Below are positions 26,822 to 38,010 of a stretch of DNA of 64,000 bases, piece by piece. Position 1 is the first letter of the stretch; each line of letters begins with the position of its first letter. A model generated the notes under the pieces. The model worked only from the letters and a program-made list of their open reading frames with translations. It was not told where the DNA came from and searched no databases. This stretch comes from an uncultured Leifsonia sp. GTDB lineage: Bacteria > Actinomycetota > Actinomycetes > Actinomycetales > Microbacteriaceae. The stretch is from positions 5,315 through 69,314 of the forward strand of contig NZ_CAMFLC010000016.1 of the NCBI RefSeq assembly GCF_945957465.1. Reading direction: 5' to 3'. The position numbers were made by a program, and so were the translations under genes.

Positions 26822-28015
26822 GTGGACACCAGATTCCCGTCGTTCGAGGCCCTCGGCTTCACCGACGGCGTGCTCCCCTCGGAGTGTCCGTCGCGCATCG
26901 TGCTCAACCACGTCACGAGCACATGGGGCGTGCTCGTGCTCGTCGCCCTCGCCCGCAGCGACCTGCGCTGGGGCGAGCTGCGGCGGACGGTCCAGGGCAT
27001 CAGCGAGAAGATGCTCGCGCAGACCCTCCGCACGCTGGAGAAGGACGGCTTCGTCCTCCGCACGGCGCAGCCCACGGTGCCGCCGCGCGTCGATTACAGC
27101 CTGACCGGCCGGGGCAGGGAGGTCACGGATCGCCTGCTCCCGCTCATGCAGTGGATCGCGGGGAACGCCGACGACATCGTCTCCGGCATCCCGCCGGCGC
27201 CGCCCGCTCCGCTGGGCTTCGCGACCGGGCAGGCGTCGATCAGCGGCGACTACCGCGACGGCAACGAGGACTCGCTGTACGTGTCGGCGTGGTCGGCGTT
27301 CGTCGCCGACGGTGTCGGGGGTCACGCCGCGGGCGAAGTGGCATCGGCCACGGTGGCGATCCGGTTGGCGTCGATGCTGGATGCGACGGAGGGCCGCCTG
27401 CCCGGCGAGGAGCGCCTGCGGGAGCTCATCGCCGTCGCGAACGCCGATCTCGCGCTGCGGGTGCGGATGGACCCCGCACTCACAGGGATGGCGACGACGC
27501 TCGTCGGCCTGTTCTCCGACGGGGAGCGTGCGCTCGTCGCGCACACCGGTGACTCACGCGCCTACCGCCTGCGCGACGGCGCCCTGGCGCAGATCACCGA
27601 GGACGACTCGCTCGTGAGCGAGCTGCTGGCCACCGGCGCCATCGCCGAGGCCGACGTCGCCGACCACCCCCTGCGGAGCGTCGTGACGCACGTGCTGGCG
27701 GGTGATCCCGAAGACGCCGCCGCCTTGCACGTGGCCACCGAGCCCCTGCGCCGCGGAGACCGGTGGCTGCTGACCAGCGACGGGCTCAGCGACTACGTGC
27801 CGGCGACCGAGGTCGCCGAGACGCTCGTGGCCGCGGAGACCCCGCAGGATGCGGCGGACGCGCTCATCGCCCTCGCGTTGCGGCACCGCGCGCGCGACAA
27901 CGTGTCGGTGGTCGTCGCCGACGTCGCAGAACTCGCGGAACCTCCCGCGTATCATCCGGCCTTCGGCGGTTCGGCCGCCGCCGACCCCGCGTCGTCACGC
28001 ACGCTGCACGCGTGA
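26822..28015 (+). CDS. Fusion: HxlR-family winged-helix regulator + PP2C/PPM Ser/Thr phosphatase
   Basis: N-terminus CPSR...ISEKMLAQTLRTLE...PPRVDYSLT; C-terminus NEDS, ADGVGGH, HTGDSRAY, LTSDGL, DNVSV. Confidence 0.85.
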   Translation: MDTRFPSFEALGFTDGVLPSECPSRIVLNHVTSTWGVLVLVALARSDLRWGELRRTVQGISEKMLAQTLRTLEKDGFVLRTAQPTVPPRVDYSLTGRGREVTDRLLPLMQWIAGNADDIVSGIPPAPPAPLGFATGQASISGDYRDGNEDSLYVSAWSAFVADGVGGHAAGEVASATVAIRLASMLDATEGRLPGEERLRELIAVANADLALRVRMDPALTGMATTLVGLFSDGERALVAHTGDSRAYRLRDGALAQITEDDSLVSELLATGAIAEADVADHPLRSVVTHVLAGDPEDAAALHVATEPLRRGDRWLLTSDGLSDYVPATEVAETLVAAETPQDAADALIALALRHRARDNVSVVVADVAELAEPPAYHPAFGGSAAADPASSRTLHA

Positions 28016-28063
28016 GCACGCGCGACGGCGCGACCTCCGGTCCGGTCTGCCGTGGCTCAGGGC

Positions 28064-29137
28064 TCAGCGCCCGCGGCCGCCGAGCGCGCGAGCGTCCTGC
28101 TTGCCGCTGATGTCTCTGCGCAGCTCCTTCGGCAACGAGAACATCAGGTCCTCCTCGGCCGTCTTGACCTCCTGCACCTCGGAGTAGCCGGCGCCGGAGA
28201 GGTCGTCGAGGACCTCCCGGACGAGCACCTCCGGCACCGATGCACCGCTGGTCACCCCCACGGTCGCGACACCCTCGAGCCACTCCTGGCGGATCTCGCT
28301 GGCGTAGTCGACGCGGTAGGCGGCCTTCGCGCCGTATTCGAGCGCGACCTCCACCAGGCGCACCGAGTTGGACGAGTTGGCCGAGCCCACGACGATCACC
28401 AGGTCGGCGTGTTCTGCGACCTTCTTGATCGCGACCTGGCGGTTCTGGGTCGCGTAGCAGATGTCGTCGCTCGGTGGGTCCTGCAGGTTCGGGAAGCGCT
28501 CGCGGAGGCGGCGCACGGTCTCCATGGTCTCGTCGACCGACAGCGTGGTCTGCGACAGCCAGACCACTTTGTCGGGGTCTTCCACCTCGATGCGGTCGAC
28601 GTCGTCGGGGCCGTTGACCAGCGTGACGTGCTCGGGAGCCTCGCCGGCCGTGCCCTCGACCTCTTCGTGGCCTTCGTGGCCGATCAAGAGGATCTGGAAG
28701 TCGTCGCGGGCGAAGCGCACGGCCTCCCGGTGCACCTTCGTGACCAGGGGGCAGGTGGCGTCGATCGCGAGGAGGCCGCGGTCGGCGGCCGCGTCGACGA
28801 CCGCGGGCGACACCCCGTGGGCGGAGAACACGACGTGCGCGCCGGTCGGCACCTCGTCGACCTCGTCGACGAAGATCGCGCCCTGCTGCTCGAGTTCGGA
28901 GACCACGTGCACGTTGTGCACGATCTGCTTGCGCACGTAGACCGGGGCGCCGTAGTGCTCGAGCGCCTTCTCGACGGCCACCACGGCCCGGTCGACTCCG
29001 GCGCAGTAGCCGCGGGGGGCGGCCAGCAGCACGCGCTTGTGTCCCTGGACCGGGATATCCTGAAGCCGCCCGCGCGCACCGGCATCCCGCTTGACGGGGA
29101 TCCGGGGCATGGGGAGGCTGATGGTCGCGTCGCTCAC
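28064..29137 (-). CDS. ispH: 4-hydroxy-3-methylbut-2-enyl diphosphate reductase
   Basis: [38 protein letters not shown]. Confidence 0.97.
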   Translation of the reverse strand: MSDATISLPMPRIPVKRDAGARGRLQDIPVQGHKRVLLAAPRGYCAGVDRAVVAVEKALEHYGAPVYVRKQIVHNVHVVSELEQQGAIFVDEVDEVPTGAHVVFSAHGVSPAVVDAAADRGLLAIDATCPLVTKVHREAVRFARDDFQILLIGHEGHEEVEGTAGEAPEHVTLVNGPDDVDRIEVEDPDKVVWLSQTTLSVDETMETVRRLRERFPNLQDPPSDDICYATQNRQVAIKKVAEHADLVIVVGSANSSNSVRLVEVALEYGAKAAYRVDYASEIRQEWLEGVATVGVTSGASVPEVLVREVLDDLSGAGYSEVQEVKTAEEDLMFSLPKELRRDISGKQDARALGGRGR

Positions 29138-29183
29138 TCCTCGATCGTACGCGGAGCGCGCTGAAGAACGAATGGGAGGCCGG

Positions 29184-30530
29184 GTGGCACAGGTCGCAGG
29201 CAGCACGCCGACGACGAACGCGCCGACGATGACGCCCGGGCCGCCGACCCTCGACGCCCCGTGGCCCGTCGCGCTGCTCGCCGACCGCATCCGCGGCTGG
29301 ATCGACCGCCTCGGCACCGCGTGGGTCGAGGGTGAGATCACCCAGTGGGGCGTGTCCGGCGGCAACGTCTACGGCAAGCTCAAAGACCTGCGCGAAGACG
29401 CCACGATCTCGTTCACGATCTGGTCGTCGGTGCGCGCGCGCATCCCCGCCGACCTCAAGCAGGGCGACCGGGTGATCGCGGCGGTCAAGCCCAACTACTG
29501 GGTCAAGGGCGGCAGCCTCACCATGCAGGTCTCCGACATGCGCCATGTCGGCCTCGGCGACCTGCTGGAGCGGCTGGAGCGCCTGCGCGCGCAGCTGGCG
29601 GCCGAAGGCCTGTTCGCGGCCGAGCGCAAGAGGCGCCTCCCCTTCCTCCCGCACACCATCGGCCTGGTGACCGGCAAGGACTCCGACGCCGAGAAGGACG
29701 TGCTGCGCAACGCCCAGCTGCGCTGGCCGCAGGTGCGGTTCCGGGTCGTGCACGCCGCCGTTCAGGGCGACAGGACGCCGGTGGAGGTCGTGACCGCCAT
29801 CCGCACGCTCGACGCCGATCCCGAGGTGGAGGTCATCATCGTCGCCCGCGGCGGCGGCGACTTCCAGAATCTACTCGGCTTCAGCGACGAGCGGGTCGTG
29901 CGTGCCGCCGCCGACGCCCGCACGCCGATCGTGAGCGCCATCGGTCACGAAGCGGACCGCCCGCTGCTGGACGAGGTGGCCGACCTGCGCGCCTCCACCC
30001 CCACCGACGCCGCGAAGCGGGTCGTGCCCGACGTGGCGGAGGAGCTCGCGCGCGTCCAGCAGGCCCGTTCGCGAATCGGCTTGCGGCTCACGCACCTGAT
30101 CAACCACGAGATCGACCGGATCGGCCACCTGCGCACCCGCCCGGCACTCGCGTCGTCGGGCTGGATCATCGACTCGCGTGCGCAGGAGCTCACCCGGCAG
30201 GTCGCCCGCGGCGCCGAGCTGGTCGAGCGCCGAGCCGATCGGGAGACCACCCGCATCGCCGATCTGCGCGGCCGGCTGCGGGCGCTCTCGCCGCAGGGCA
30301 CGCTCGACCGCGGTTACGCGATCGTGCAGAACGCGCAGGGCCACGTCGTCGGCTCGCCGGCCGAGGCTCCGGAGGGCGCCGAGTTGCGGGTGACGGTCGC
30401 GGCGGGCGCGTTCGCCGCCACGGCCGGCGAGCGTCTCCCCTCGCCCGCGACCGGAGGCGCCGACGATCCGGCAGGCGAGCCTGCAGACGACACAGCGGGC
30501 GACCCAGCGGCCGCCCAGCGAGACAAATAG
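29184..30530 (+). CDS. xseA: Exodeoxyribonuclease VII large subunit
   Basis: [35 protein letters not shown]; start uncertain. Confidence 0.95.
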   Translation: MAQVAGSTPTTNAPTMTPGPPTLDAPWPVALLADRIRGWIDRLGTAWVEGEITQWGVSGGNVYGKLKDLREDATISFTIWSSVRARIPADLKQGDRVIAAVKPNYWVKGGSLTMQVSDMRHVGLGDLLERLERLRAQLAAEGLFAAERKRRLPFLPHTIGLVTGKDSDAEKDVLRNAQLRWPQVRFRVVHAAVQGDRTPVEVVTAIRTLDADPEVEVIIVARGGGDFQNLLGFSDERVVRAAADARTPIVSAIGHEADRPLLDEVADLRASTPTDAAKRVVPDVAEELARVQQARSRIGLRLTHLINHEIDRIGHLRTRPALASSGWIIDSRAQELTRQVARGAELVERRADRETTRIADLRGRLRALSPQGTLDRGYAIVQNAQGHVVGSPAEAPEGAELRVTVAAGAFAATAGERLPSPATGGADDPAGEPADDTAGDPAAAQRDK

Positions 30531-30540
30531 AATGGTCACC

Positions 30541-30774
30541 ATGCCCACTCCCGAGATCAGTGCGCTCAGCTATGAAGAAGCGCGCGACGAGCTCATCCGC
30601 GTCGTCGGAGAGCTGGAGCAGGGCTCGATCACCCTGGAGGAGTCGATCGCCCTCTGGGAGCGCGGCGAGGCGCTGGCGCGCCACTGCGAGGAGTGGCTGA
30701 TCGGCGCGAAGGCCCGGCTCGATGCGGCTCGCGCCGGGGCGGCCGCCGCAGCCTCAGGAGCGCCCGGCGAATGA
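30541..30774 (+). CDS. xseB: Exodeoxyribonuclease VII small subunit
   Basis: LSYEEARDEL...LEESIALWERG. Confidence 0.95.
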   Translation: MPTPEISALSYEEARDELIRVVGELEQGSITLEESIALWERGEALARHCEEWLIGAKARLDAARAGAAAAASGAPGE

Positions 30775-31442
30775 GCCCACGCACCAAGGCGCCGGCCGTC
30801 GTGGCCGAGCTCGGCCGACCGGAGACGCCGGAGGAGACCGCCGCACGCAAGGCGCAGGACTCGGCGAACCACCGCAACCGGCAGACGGTCAACAACCTGG
30901 TCTACTCGCTCATCGCGACGGTGGCCCTGGTCGTCCTGATCGTCCTCGTCGTGCCGCGAGGCAACCCGACCTCGACGGCCCCCGCCGTCGACTACGCCGC
31001 GGTCGCGCAGCAGGCTCAGGGCAGCGAGCCCGACCGGTTGCTCGTTCCGCAGCTGCCGTCCAGCTGGAAGTCGAACAGCGCGGAACTGCGCACCAAGACG
31101 TCCGACAACGTCGACGCCTGGTACATCGGGCTCCTGACGCCCAAGGGCCAGTACATCGGCGTCGTCCAAGGATTCGGCGCCAACGACAGCTGGGTCGCCG
31201 ACCAGGTGAACCGCACACACATCGCAGGCACCCGGGAGATCGACGGCGTGAAGTGGGACGTGTACGACAACCGCTCGGCAGGCTCCGACGCGGGCAATGT
31301 CGCCTATGCGCTGGCCACGACCGCGGGCAGGAGCACCGTGGTCGTCTACGGCACCGCTGCCGACGACGAGTTCACCACGGTCGCGTCCTCGCTGGCCGGC
31401 CAGCTGCACGCCCTCGGATCCCCGACCCCAGGAGGTAAGTAG
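30771..31442 (+). CDS. DUF4245-like membrane protein
   Basis: ELGRPETPEETAARK, single TM segment, conserved position after xseB. Confidence 0.8.
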   Translation: MSPRTKAPAVVAELGRPETPEETAARKAQDSANHRNRQTVNNLVYSLIATVALVVLIVLVVPRGNPTSTAPAVDYAAVAQQAQGSEPDRLLVPQLPSSWKSNSAELRTKTSDNVDAWYIGLLTPKGQYIGVVQGFGANDSWVADQVNRTHIAGTREIDGVKWDVYDNRSAGSDAGNVAYALATTAGRSTVVVYGTAADDEFTTVASSLAGQLHALGSPTPGGK

Positions 31443-32111
31443 ATGCCCACGACCCGTCCCGGACGCGTCTGGAAAGAACTGTTGGCCGGCAACGAGCGCT
31501 TCGTGTCCGGAACGCCGCTGCACCCGCGTCAGGACGTGGAGCGGCGCGCGACCCTCGCCGAGGGCCAGCACCCGGTCGCCGCGATCTTCGGCTGCGCCGA
31601 CTCCCGGCTCGCGGCCGAGATCATCTTCGACCTCGGCCTCGGCGACGCGTTCGTGGTGCGCAACGCCGGCCAGGTGGCGTCCGACTCGGCGATCGCCTCC
31701 CTCGAATACGCCGTCGCCGTGCTGAACGTGCCGCTCATCCTCGTGCTCGGCCACGACGCGTGCGGCGCCGTCGCCTCCGCCATCGCCTCCCAGGGCGCCG
31801 ACGCCGACCCGCTGCCGCCGCACATCGCGCAGCTCATCTCGCCGATCCTGCCGGCGGTGCACCGGGTCGCCGGCACCCCGGCCGACCAGCACGTCGACCC
31901 GGCAACGGTCGATGCGTCGGAGGTCGGCAAGGAGCACCTGCGTGACACCGTCGCCGAACTGCTCGCACGCTCGGAGATCCTCAGCGACGCCGTCGCCGCC
32001 AACCTCCTCGCCATCGTCGGGGCGAACTACCGGCTCCAAGAAGGCCGGGTCGTTCCCGACGCCGTCGTCGGTATGGCCGAACCGGTCGCCGACCCATCGC
32101 TCGGGCGCTGA
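31443..32111 (+). CDS. Beta-class carbonic anhydrase
   Basis: GNERF, CADSR, VRNAG, LGHDACG zinc ligands. Confidence 0.93.
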   Translation: MPTTRPGRVWKELLAGNERFVSGTPLHPRQDVERRATLAEGQHPVAAIFGCADSRLAAEIIFDLGLGDAFVVRNAGQVASDSAIASLEYAVAVLNVPLILVLGHDACGAVASAIASQGADADPLPPHIAQLISPILPAVHRVAGTPADQHVDPATVDASEVGKEHLRDTVAELLARSEILSDAVAANLLAIVGANYRLQEGRVVPDAVVGMAEPVADPSLGR

Positions 32112-32142
32112 CGCGCTCGGGCTCAGAAAGGAAGAACACACC

Positions 32143-33549
32143 GTGGTGGACACCCAGTCGGGTACCGATTACCGCATCGAGCACGACACGATGGGCGAGG
32201 TGCGGGTTCCCGCAGCCGCCCTCTACGGTGCGCAGACGCAGCGCGCCGTCGAGAACTTCCCGATCTCGGGTTCGGTTCTCGAGCCGGCCCAGATCGCCGC
32301 GCTCGCCCGCATCAAGAAGTCGGCCGCGCTCGCCAACGCTCGTCTGGGCGTCCTCGACGCCGACGTCGCCGAGGCCATCGCAGCGGCCGCCGACGAGGTC
32401 GTCAGCGGCGCCCACAACGGGGACTTCCCGATCGACGTGTACCAGACCGGCTCCGGCACGTCGTCCAACATGAACATGAACGAGGTGCTGGCGACGCTCG
32501 CCACCCGGCGTCTGGGGCGGCCGGTGCACCCGAACGACCAGGTCAACGCCTCGCAGTCGTCGAACGACGTCTTCCCCACGTCGGTGCACATCGCCGTCAC
32601 CGGCGCGCTGATCGACGACCTCATCCCCGCCCTCGACCACCTCGCTGTGGCGCTCGAGGAGAAGGCCGAGCTCTGGGCGACGGCCGTCAAGTCGGGCCGC
32701 ACCCACCTCATGGACGCCACACCGGTGACCCTCGGCCAGGAGTTCGGCGGCTACGCCGCGCAGATCCGCTACGGCATCGAGCGCGTGCAGGCGGCGCTGA
32801 CGCGCGTGGCGGAGGTCCCGCTCGGCGGCACCGCTGTCGGCACCGGCATCAACACCCCGATCGGCTTCCCGCAGCTGGTGATCGAGCTGCTCACCGCCGA
32901 GACCGAGTTGCCGATCACCGAGGCGCGCAATCACTTCGAGGCCCAGGCCAACCGTGACGCGCTGGTGGAGGCCTCCGGTGCCCTGCGCACCATCGCCGTC
33001 AGCCTCACCAAGATCTGCAACGACCTCCGCTGGATGGGCTCCGGCCCGAACACCGGCCTCGGCGAGCTGCACATCCCCGATCTGCAGCCGGGCTCCTCCA
33101 TCATGCCGGGCAAGGTCAACCCGGTCATCCCGGAGGCCGTGCTGATGGTCGCCGCCCGTGTCGTCGGCAACGACGCGACCATCGCCTGGAGCGGTGCCTC
33201 CGGTCTCTTCGAGCTCAACGTCGCGATCCCGGTCATGGGCACCGCGCTGCTCGAGTCGATCCGCCTTCTCTCCCAGGCCAGCCGGGTGCTCGCCGACAAG
33301 ACGGTCACCGGTCTCGAGGCCAACCTCGACCGCGCTCGCGCGTTCGCGGAGTCGAGCCCGTCGATCGTGACGCCGCTCAACCGCGTCATCGGCTATGAGG
33401 CGGCCGCCAAGGTCGCCAAGCACGCGGTCGCCCAGGGTATGACCGTGCGGGAGGCCGTGATCGACCTCGGCTTCGTCGAGCGCGGCGAGGTCACCGAGGA
33501 GCAGTTGGATTCGGCGCTCGACGTGCTGAGCATGACCCACCCGGGCTGA
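32143..33549 (+). CDS. fumC: Class II fumarate hydratase
   Basis: [42 protein letters not shown]. Confidence 0.97.
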   Translation: MVDTQSGTDYRIEHDTMGEVRVPAAALYGAQTQRAVENFPISGSVLEPAQIAALARIKKSAALANARLGVLDADVAEAIAAAADEVVSGAHNGDFPIDVYQTGSGTSSNMNMNEVLATLATRRLGRPVHPNDQVNASQSSNDVFPTSVHIAVTGALIDDLIPALDHLAVALEEKAELWATAVKSGRTHLMDATPVTLGQEFGGYAAQIRYGIERVQAALTRVAEVPLGGTAVGTGINTPIGFPQLVIELLTAETELPITEARNHFEAQANRDALVEASGALRTIAVSLTKICNDLRWMGSGPNTGLGELHIPDLQPGSSIMPGKVNPVIPEAVLMVAARVVGNDATIAWSGASGLFELNVAIPVMGTALLESIRLLSQASRVLADKTVTGLEANLDRARAFAESSPSIVTPLNRVIGYEAAAKVAKHAVAQGMTVREAVIDLGFVERGEVTEEQLDSALDVLSMTHPG

Positions 33550-33575
33550 GCCCGCACCGCGCTCCGCACTCCATC

Positions 33576-33623
33576 GAGGCGCCCCTTCTTCGCTCGGCCT
33601 GCGCCGTGCGGAAGGGGCGCTTC
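33576..33623. terminator. Hairpin between convergent fumC and the prepilin peptidase gene
   Basis: gaggcgccccttc / gaaggggcgcttc 12/13 stem; shares GAGGCGCCCCT with the 18165 element. Confidence 0.55.
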
Positions 33624-33631
33624 GTCGTCGC

Positions 33632-34231
33632 TCACCACGAGAGTGCGACCGTCCAGAACGTCGCAAGCAGCACCGGCCCGAACGGCAGCTCGGTAGGAGC
33701 GGCGACCGGTCTCCGGGCACCGGAGGCCAGCATCACCCCGGCCGCAAGTCCGCCGAGCACGAGCGAAGCCACCGCCCAGGCGACGACGGCTCCCCCGGCG
33801 GCGGCCACCGCGGCGCCCGCGCCCGGCATCCCGAGCCCTCCTCCCGGCGGCGCGCGCTCCGCCACGACTGCGGCCAGAGCCGCCCCGAGCAGCATCGCGA
33901 GCTTCACGTCGCCCATGCCGAGCCCGCCACCGGATGCCAGCACGAGGAACGCCACCAGCACGCCGAGCGCGCACACCACCGCTGCGACCGGCACCTCCAG
34001 GCCGCGGCCTCCGCCCAGCGCGCTCCAGACCACCCCCACGGCCACGAAGGCGAGACCGGGCAGCACCAGCGCATCCGGGAGCCGCCGTTCGCGCAGGTCG
34101 TACTGCACCAGCGCTGTCGTCACCGTGGCGACGTACAGCGCCCCGACTGCGGCCGGTCCGGCGTCGCGTGCCCCCAGCAGTGCGACGCCCAGACCGGCCG
34201 CAAGGGCGATCCGGATCGTTGTTTCCCCCAT
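33632..34231 (-). CDS. A24-family (prepilin-type) peptidase
   Basis: DLRERRLPD and GLGMGDVKL aspartate motifs; multi-TM. Confidence 0.85.
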   Translation of the reverse strand: MGETTIRIALAAGLGVALLGARDAGPAAVGALYVATVTTALVQYDLRERRLPDALVLPGLAFVAVGVVWSALGGGRGLEVPVAAVVCALGVLVAFLVLASGGGLGMGDVKLAMLLGAALAAVVAERAPPGGGLGMPGAGAAVAAAGGAVVAWAVASLVLGGLAAGVMLASGARRPVAAPTELPFGPVLLATFWTVALSW

Positions 34232-34357
34232 GGCCCCACGCTAGGCGCGGGTCTCTGGCGAGATCACGATTCCACAGCGAATACCTGAATCCTAGAATCG
34301 CCCAGAATGTGGCGGGTTCTTTCACCCGACCCTTCATCACGGCCGGGCGGCGGCAGC

Positions 34358-35713
34358 TCAGGCGAGTTCGTTGGCCTCCAGCATCTCCGTCACCAGCGCC
34401 GCGATCGCGGAGCGCTCCGACCGCGTCAACGTGATGTGCGCGAACAACGGGTGTCCCTTCAGCGTCTCGATCACCGAGGCGACGCCGTCATGCCGGCCGA
34501 CCCGCAGGTTGTCCCGCTGCGCGACGTCGTGGGTCAGGACGACACGCGAGTTCTGCCCGACGCGGCTCAGCACCGTCAGCAGCACGTTGCGCTCCAGCGA
34601 CTGCGCCTCGTCGACGATCACGAACGCGTCGTGCAGCGAACGGCCGCGGATGTGCGTCAGCGGCAGCACCTCGAGGATGCCGCGATCTTGAACCTCGTCC
34701 AGCACGTTCTGCGACACGAGAGCACCGAGCGTGTCGAACACGGCCTGTCCCCAGGGGTTCATCTTCTCGCCCTGGTCGCCCGGGAGGTAGCCCAGCTCCT
34801 GGCCGCCGACGGCGTAGAGGGGGCGGAAGACCATGATCTTCTTGTGCTGCTGCCGCTCGAGCACGGCCTCCAGACCGGCGCACAGGGCGAGCGCCGACTT
34901 GCCGGTGCCGGCCCGACCGCCGAGCGAGAGGATGCCGACCTCCGGATCGAGCAGGAGGTCGATCGCCAGGCGCTGCTCGGCGCTGCGGCCGTGCAGACCG
35001 AACACGTCCCGGTCGCCGCGCACGAGCTTCAGCTCGCCGTCGGCGACGACGCGCCCGAGTGCCGAACCGCGGTCGGAGTGCACGATGAGCCCGGTGTTCA
35101 CCGGGAGGCCGTCGACCTGCCCGGTGCGCATCCACTCGTTCTCGTAAAGCGAGCTCATCTGGTCGCTGCCGAGGGAGATCTCCGCGAGTCCCGTCCATCC
35201 GCTGTCCACGACCTGCTCGTGCCGGTATTCCTCGGCGGCGAGGCCGATCGACGAGGCCTTGACACGCATCGGGAGGTCCTTGGAGACCACCGTGACGGCC
35301 AGACCGTCGTTCGCGAGGTTCATCGCGACGGCCAGGATGCGGGAGTCGTTGTCGCCGAGCTGCATCCCGCTCGGGAGCACCGACATGTTGGAGTGGTTGA
35401 GCTCCACGCGCAGCGAGCCGCCGTCACCGACCGGGATCGGGAAGTCGAGCCGCTCGTGCTGGACGCGCAGGTCGTCCAGGTTGCGCAGCGCCTGCCGCGC
35501 GAAGTACCCGATCTCCGGGTCGTTCCGCTTGCCCTCCAGCTCGCTCACGACGACGACAGGGATGACGACAGCGTGCTCGGCGAACCGGAAGATCGCCTTG
35601 GGGTCGGACAGCAGCACCGATGTGTCGAGCACGTACGTGCGCTCGCTCTGACGGATACCGCTCGATGCCGACTCGAACTGCCGGGTTCCTGATTCAGCCA
35701 CGACCACTCCCAC
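34358..35713 (-). CDS. phoH2: PhoH2 (PIN domain + PhoH ATPase)
   Basis: [11 protein letters not shown] motif, [17 protein letters not shown]. Confidence 0.95.
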   Translation of the reverse strand: MGVVVAESGTRQFESASSGIRQSERTYVLDTSVLLSDPKAIFRFAEHAVVIPVVVVSELEGKRNDPEIGYFARQALRNLDDLRVQHERLDFPIPVGDGGSLRVELNHSNMSVLPSGMQLGDNDSRILAVAMNLANDGLAVTVVSKDLPMRVKASSIGLAAEEYRHEQVVDSGWTGLAEISLGSDQMSSLYENEWMRTGQVDGLPVNTGLIVHSDRGSALGRVVADGELKLVRGDRDVFGLHGRSAEQRLAIDLLLDPEVGILSLGGRAGTGKSALALCAGLEAVLERQQHKKIMVFRPLYAVGGQELGYLPGDQGEKMNPWGQAVFDTLGALVSQNVLDEVQDRGILEVLPLTHIRGRSLHDAFVIVDEAQSLERNVLLTVLSRVGQNSRVVLTHDVAQRDNLRVGRHDGVASVIETLKGHPLFAHITLTRSERSAIAALVTEMLEANELA

Positions 35714-35918
35714 CCCGCCGCTCCGCTTCCGCGAGAGCCGGCGGATACTTTGGCGAGCCGGCCAGTGGGTTCCGAAACGAACTTATGTGGCCGTCTCGAT
35801 CGGGCGCCGTGCCCGATGAGTCGAACGTACGCCGCACGTCCGACAGCGCGGGTCCCGTCGACCGCGTGTCGTGTTTCGGTCAGGTGAACATTCGCCCCCA
35901 GTTGTGGGAGGCGCGCGA

Positions 35919-37037
35919 TCAGGTCGCGGAGGCGTAGGAGGTCAGCGCGGCGCGCAGCATGTCGATCGTCTCCTCCGTCGTCCCTGCGTGCACGCTGATG
36001 CGAGCACTTCTCTCGCGGACCTTGGCGGTGACGCCGTGATTGAACAGGGAGGCCGCGAGCACGGTCAGCTGCTCGGGCAACGGCTCCAGCACCACGATGC
36101 CCGCGCGCTCGGCGGCGTTGCGCGACGATGCGACCGGGACGGCGAACTCGTCCGCCAGGTCGATCACCTGCTCGACCAGCTCGGAGATCGCGGCCGAGAT
36201 CGCCGGGACGCCCACGGCGGCGACCTCTTCGAGCGCCGCCGCGAAGCGGGCCTCCGCCACCGGGTCGGGGTTCGAGACCGTGAAGGCCGATGCGTCGCGC
36301 GCCGGCTCGACGACCTCGTCCCACCGCTCGCCTGCACCGGTCCCGACCCACCCGCTGAAGACCGGGGTCAGGTGCTCGACCGCGCGCTCGCTGAGCGCGA
36401 GGAAGCCGGTGCCCCAGCCGGCGCGGGTCCACTTCTGGCCGCCGGAGACGACCACGTCGGCCACCTCGAACGGCGCATCGACCACGCCGAAGCCCTGGAT
36501 CGCGTCGACGATGAGCAGCCGGTCCCCGATCACCTGGCGGATGCCGTCGATGTCGGCGAGGTAGCCGGTTCGCGAGTCGACGAGACTCACCATCACGGCG
36601 CTGGTGGCGTCGGTGATCTGCTGCTTGATCTGCGCGGGCGTGACCCGGCCGTGGTCGGTCTCGAGCCACACGGGCGTCACCACGTGCATGGCCTGAGCGG
36701 CACGGGCTGCGGCATAGGTCACGCTGGGGAACTCGGCGGGCGACAGCAGCACCTCGCCGCCGGTCAGGCCGAAGGCGGCGTGCATGAGGCCGGTCGACGC
36801 GTTGGGCTGGAACGCGATCCTCCCGACGGGGAAACCGGTCAGAGCGGAGACCGCCTCCCGCACGCGACCGGACTCGGCGTGCATCCGGTCGACGGTGCCG
36901 AACCGCGCCTTCGCGAGCATCTCGTACTGACCGAGCACCTCCGCGTGCACCGCCCGAGACAGCGGGCCGACGCGGCCGTAGTCGAGATAGCCGGGCTCCT
37001 CGCCGAATCCGGCGGCGAACTCCTCGATCGTCGTCAT
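35919..37037 (-). CDS. Class V PLP aminotransferase / cysteine desulfurase-like
   Basis: YLDYGRVGP, VDAIQGFG, SGGQKW. Confidence 0.88.
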   Translation of the reverse strand: MTTIEEFAAGFGEEPGYLDYGRVGPLSRAVHAEVLGQYEMLAKARFGTVDRMHAESGRVREAVSALTGFPVGRIAFQPNASTGLMHAAFGLTGGEVLLSPAEFPSVTYAAARAAQAMHVVTPVWLETDHGRVTPAQIKQQITDATSAVMVSLVDSRTGYLADIDGIRQVIGDRLLIVDAIQGFGVVDAPFEVADVVVSGGQKWTRAGWGTGFLALSERAVEHLTPVFSGWVGTGAGERWDEVVEPARDASAFTVSNPDPVAEARFAAALEEVAAVGVPAISAAISELVEQVIDLADEFAVPVASSRNAAERAGIVVLEPLPEQLTVLAASLFNHGVTAKVRERSARISVHAGTTEETIDMLRAALTSYASAT

Positions 37038-37143
37038 CCTGACCTCCGCCACCATCCTGCCCGCCGCACGGCGGCCACGGCGAATCGACGCCCGGGCGGA
37101 GCGGCTTCACGCCGAGGTTCACCCGGGGCGGCCGGGCGGATGG

Positions 37144-37938
37144 TCAGGAGCCGTAGCGGCGCTGGCGCCGCGAATAGTCGCGCATCGCGCGCAGGAAGTC
37201 GACCTCGCGCAGATCGGGACCCAGGGCCTCCACGAAGTAGAACTCGCTGTGCGCGCTCTGCCACAGCATGAAGTCGCTCAGCCGCTGCTCGCCCGACGTG
37301 CGGATGACGAGGTCCGGGTCGGGCTGACCGCCGGTGTAGAGGTGCGCGCCGATGAGATCCGGGGTGAGGAGGTCGGCCAGCGTCTCGAGGCTGCCGCCCT
37401 CGGCGTGGTGGGCCGCGACGATGCTGCGCATCGCATCGGTGATCTCTTTGCGGCCTCCGTAGCCGACGGCCAGGTTGACGTGCATGCCTGTTCTGCCGGC
37501 CGTGCGCTTCTCGGCTTCGGCGAGCGCCTCCACGAGCCGCGGCGGGAGGCCGGCGGGCGAACCGACGTGCTTGATGCGCCAGTCGCGGTAGCGGGAGAGG
37601 TCGTCCGCCAGCTGGGCGATGATCTCGATCAGGTCGGTGAGCTCGGAGCTGTCGCGGTTGGTCAGGTTGTCCGACGAGAGCAGGTACAGCGTCACGACCT
37701 CCATGCCGAGGTCGTCGCACCATTCCAGGAACTCGCGCATCTTCGCCGCGCCGGCGCGGTGACCGTGGGCGACCGTGGTGAGCCCCGCCTGCCGCGCCCA
37801 CCGTCGGTTGCCGTCGATGATCATCGCGACGTGCCGCGGCAGCGATTCCCGGTCGAGCCCGGCGAGGTAGCGCCGCAGCCGCTTCTGATACAGCCCGTAG
37901 AGCAGGCCATTGGCCGTCTCGGAACTCCGTCTGCTCAC
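37144..37938 (-). CDS. uppS: cis-prenyltransferase (isoprenyl transferase, Rv1086-type)
   Basis: HVAMIIDGNRRWA, GH, SSDN, DLVIRTSGEQRLSDF. Confidence 0.93.
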   Translation of the reverse strand: MSRRSSETANGLLYGLYQKRLRRYLAGLDRESLPRHVAMIIDGNRRWARQAGLTTVAHGHRAGAAKMREFLEWCDDLGMEVVTLYLLSSDNLTNRDSSELTDLIEIIAQLADDLSRYRDWRIKHVGSPAGLPPRLVEALAEAEKRTAGRTGMHVNLAVGYGGRKEITDAMRSIVAAHHAEGGSLETLADLLTPDLIGAHLYTGGQPDPDLVIRTSGEQRLSDFMLWQSAHSEFYFVEALGPDLREVDFLRAMRDYSRRQRRYGS

Positions 37939-38010
37939 GCAGCTACGTTAGCGCGGCCCACGGGGCACGTCTCCCAGCATCCGGCCACCCGTCTCCCCTA
38001 CTCTTGCTCC

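Noticed and set aside
34358-35713. PIN domain as a novel toxin or defence system
   Set aside because: Standard PhoH2 at its conserved actinobacterial locus near fumC.
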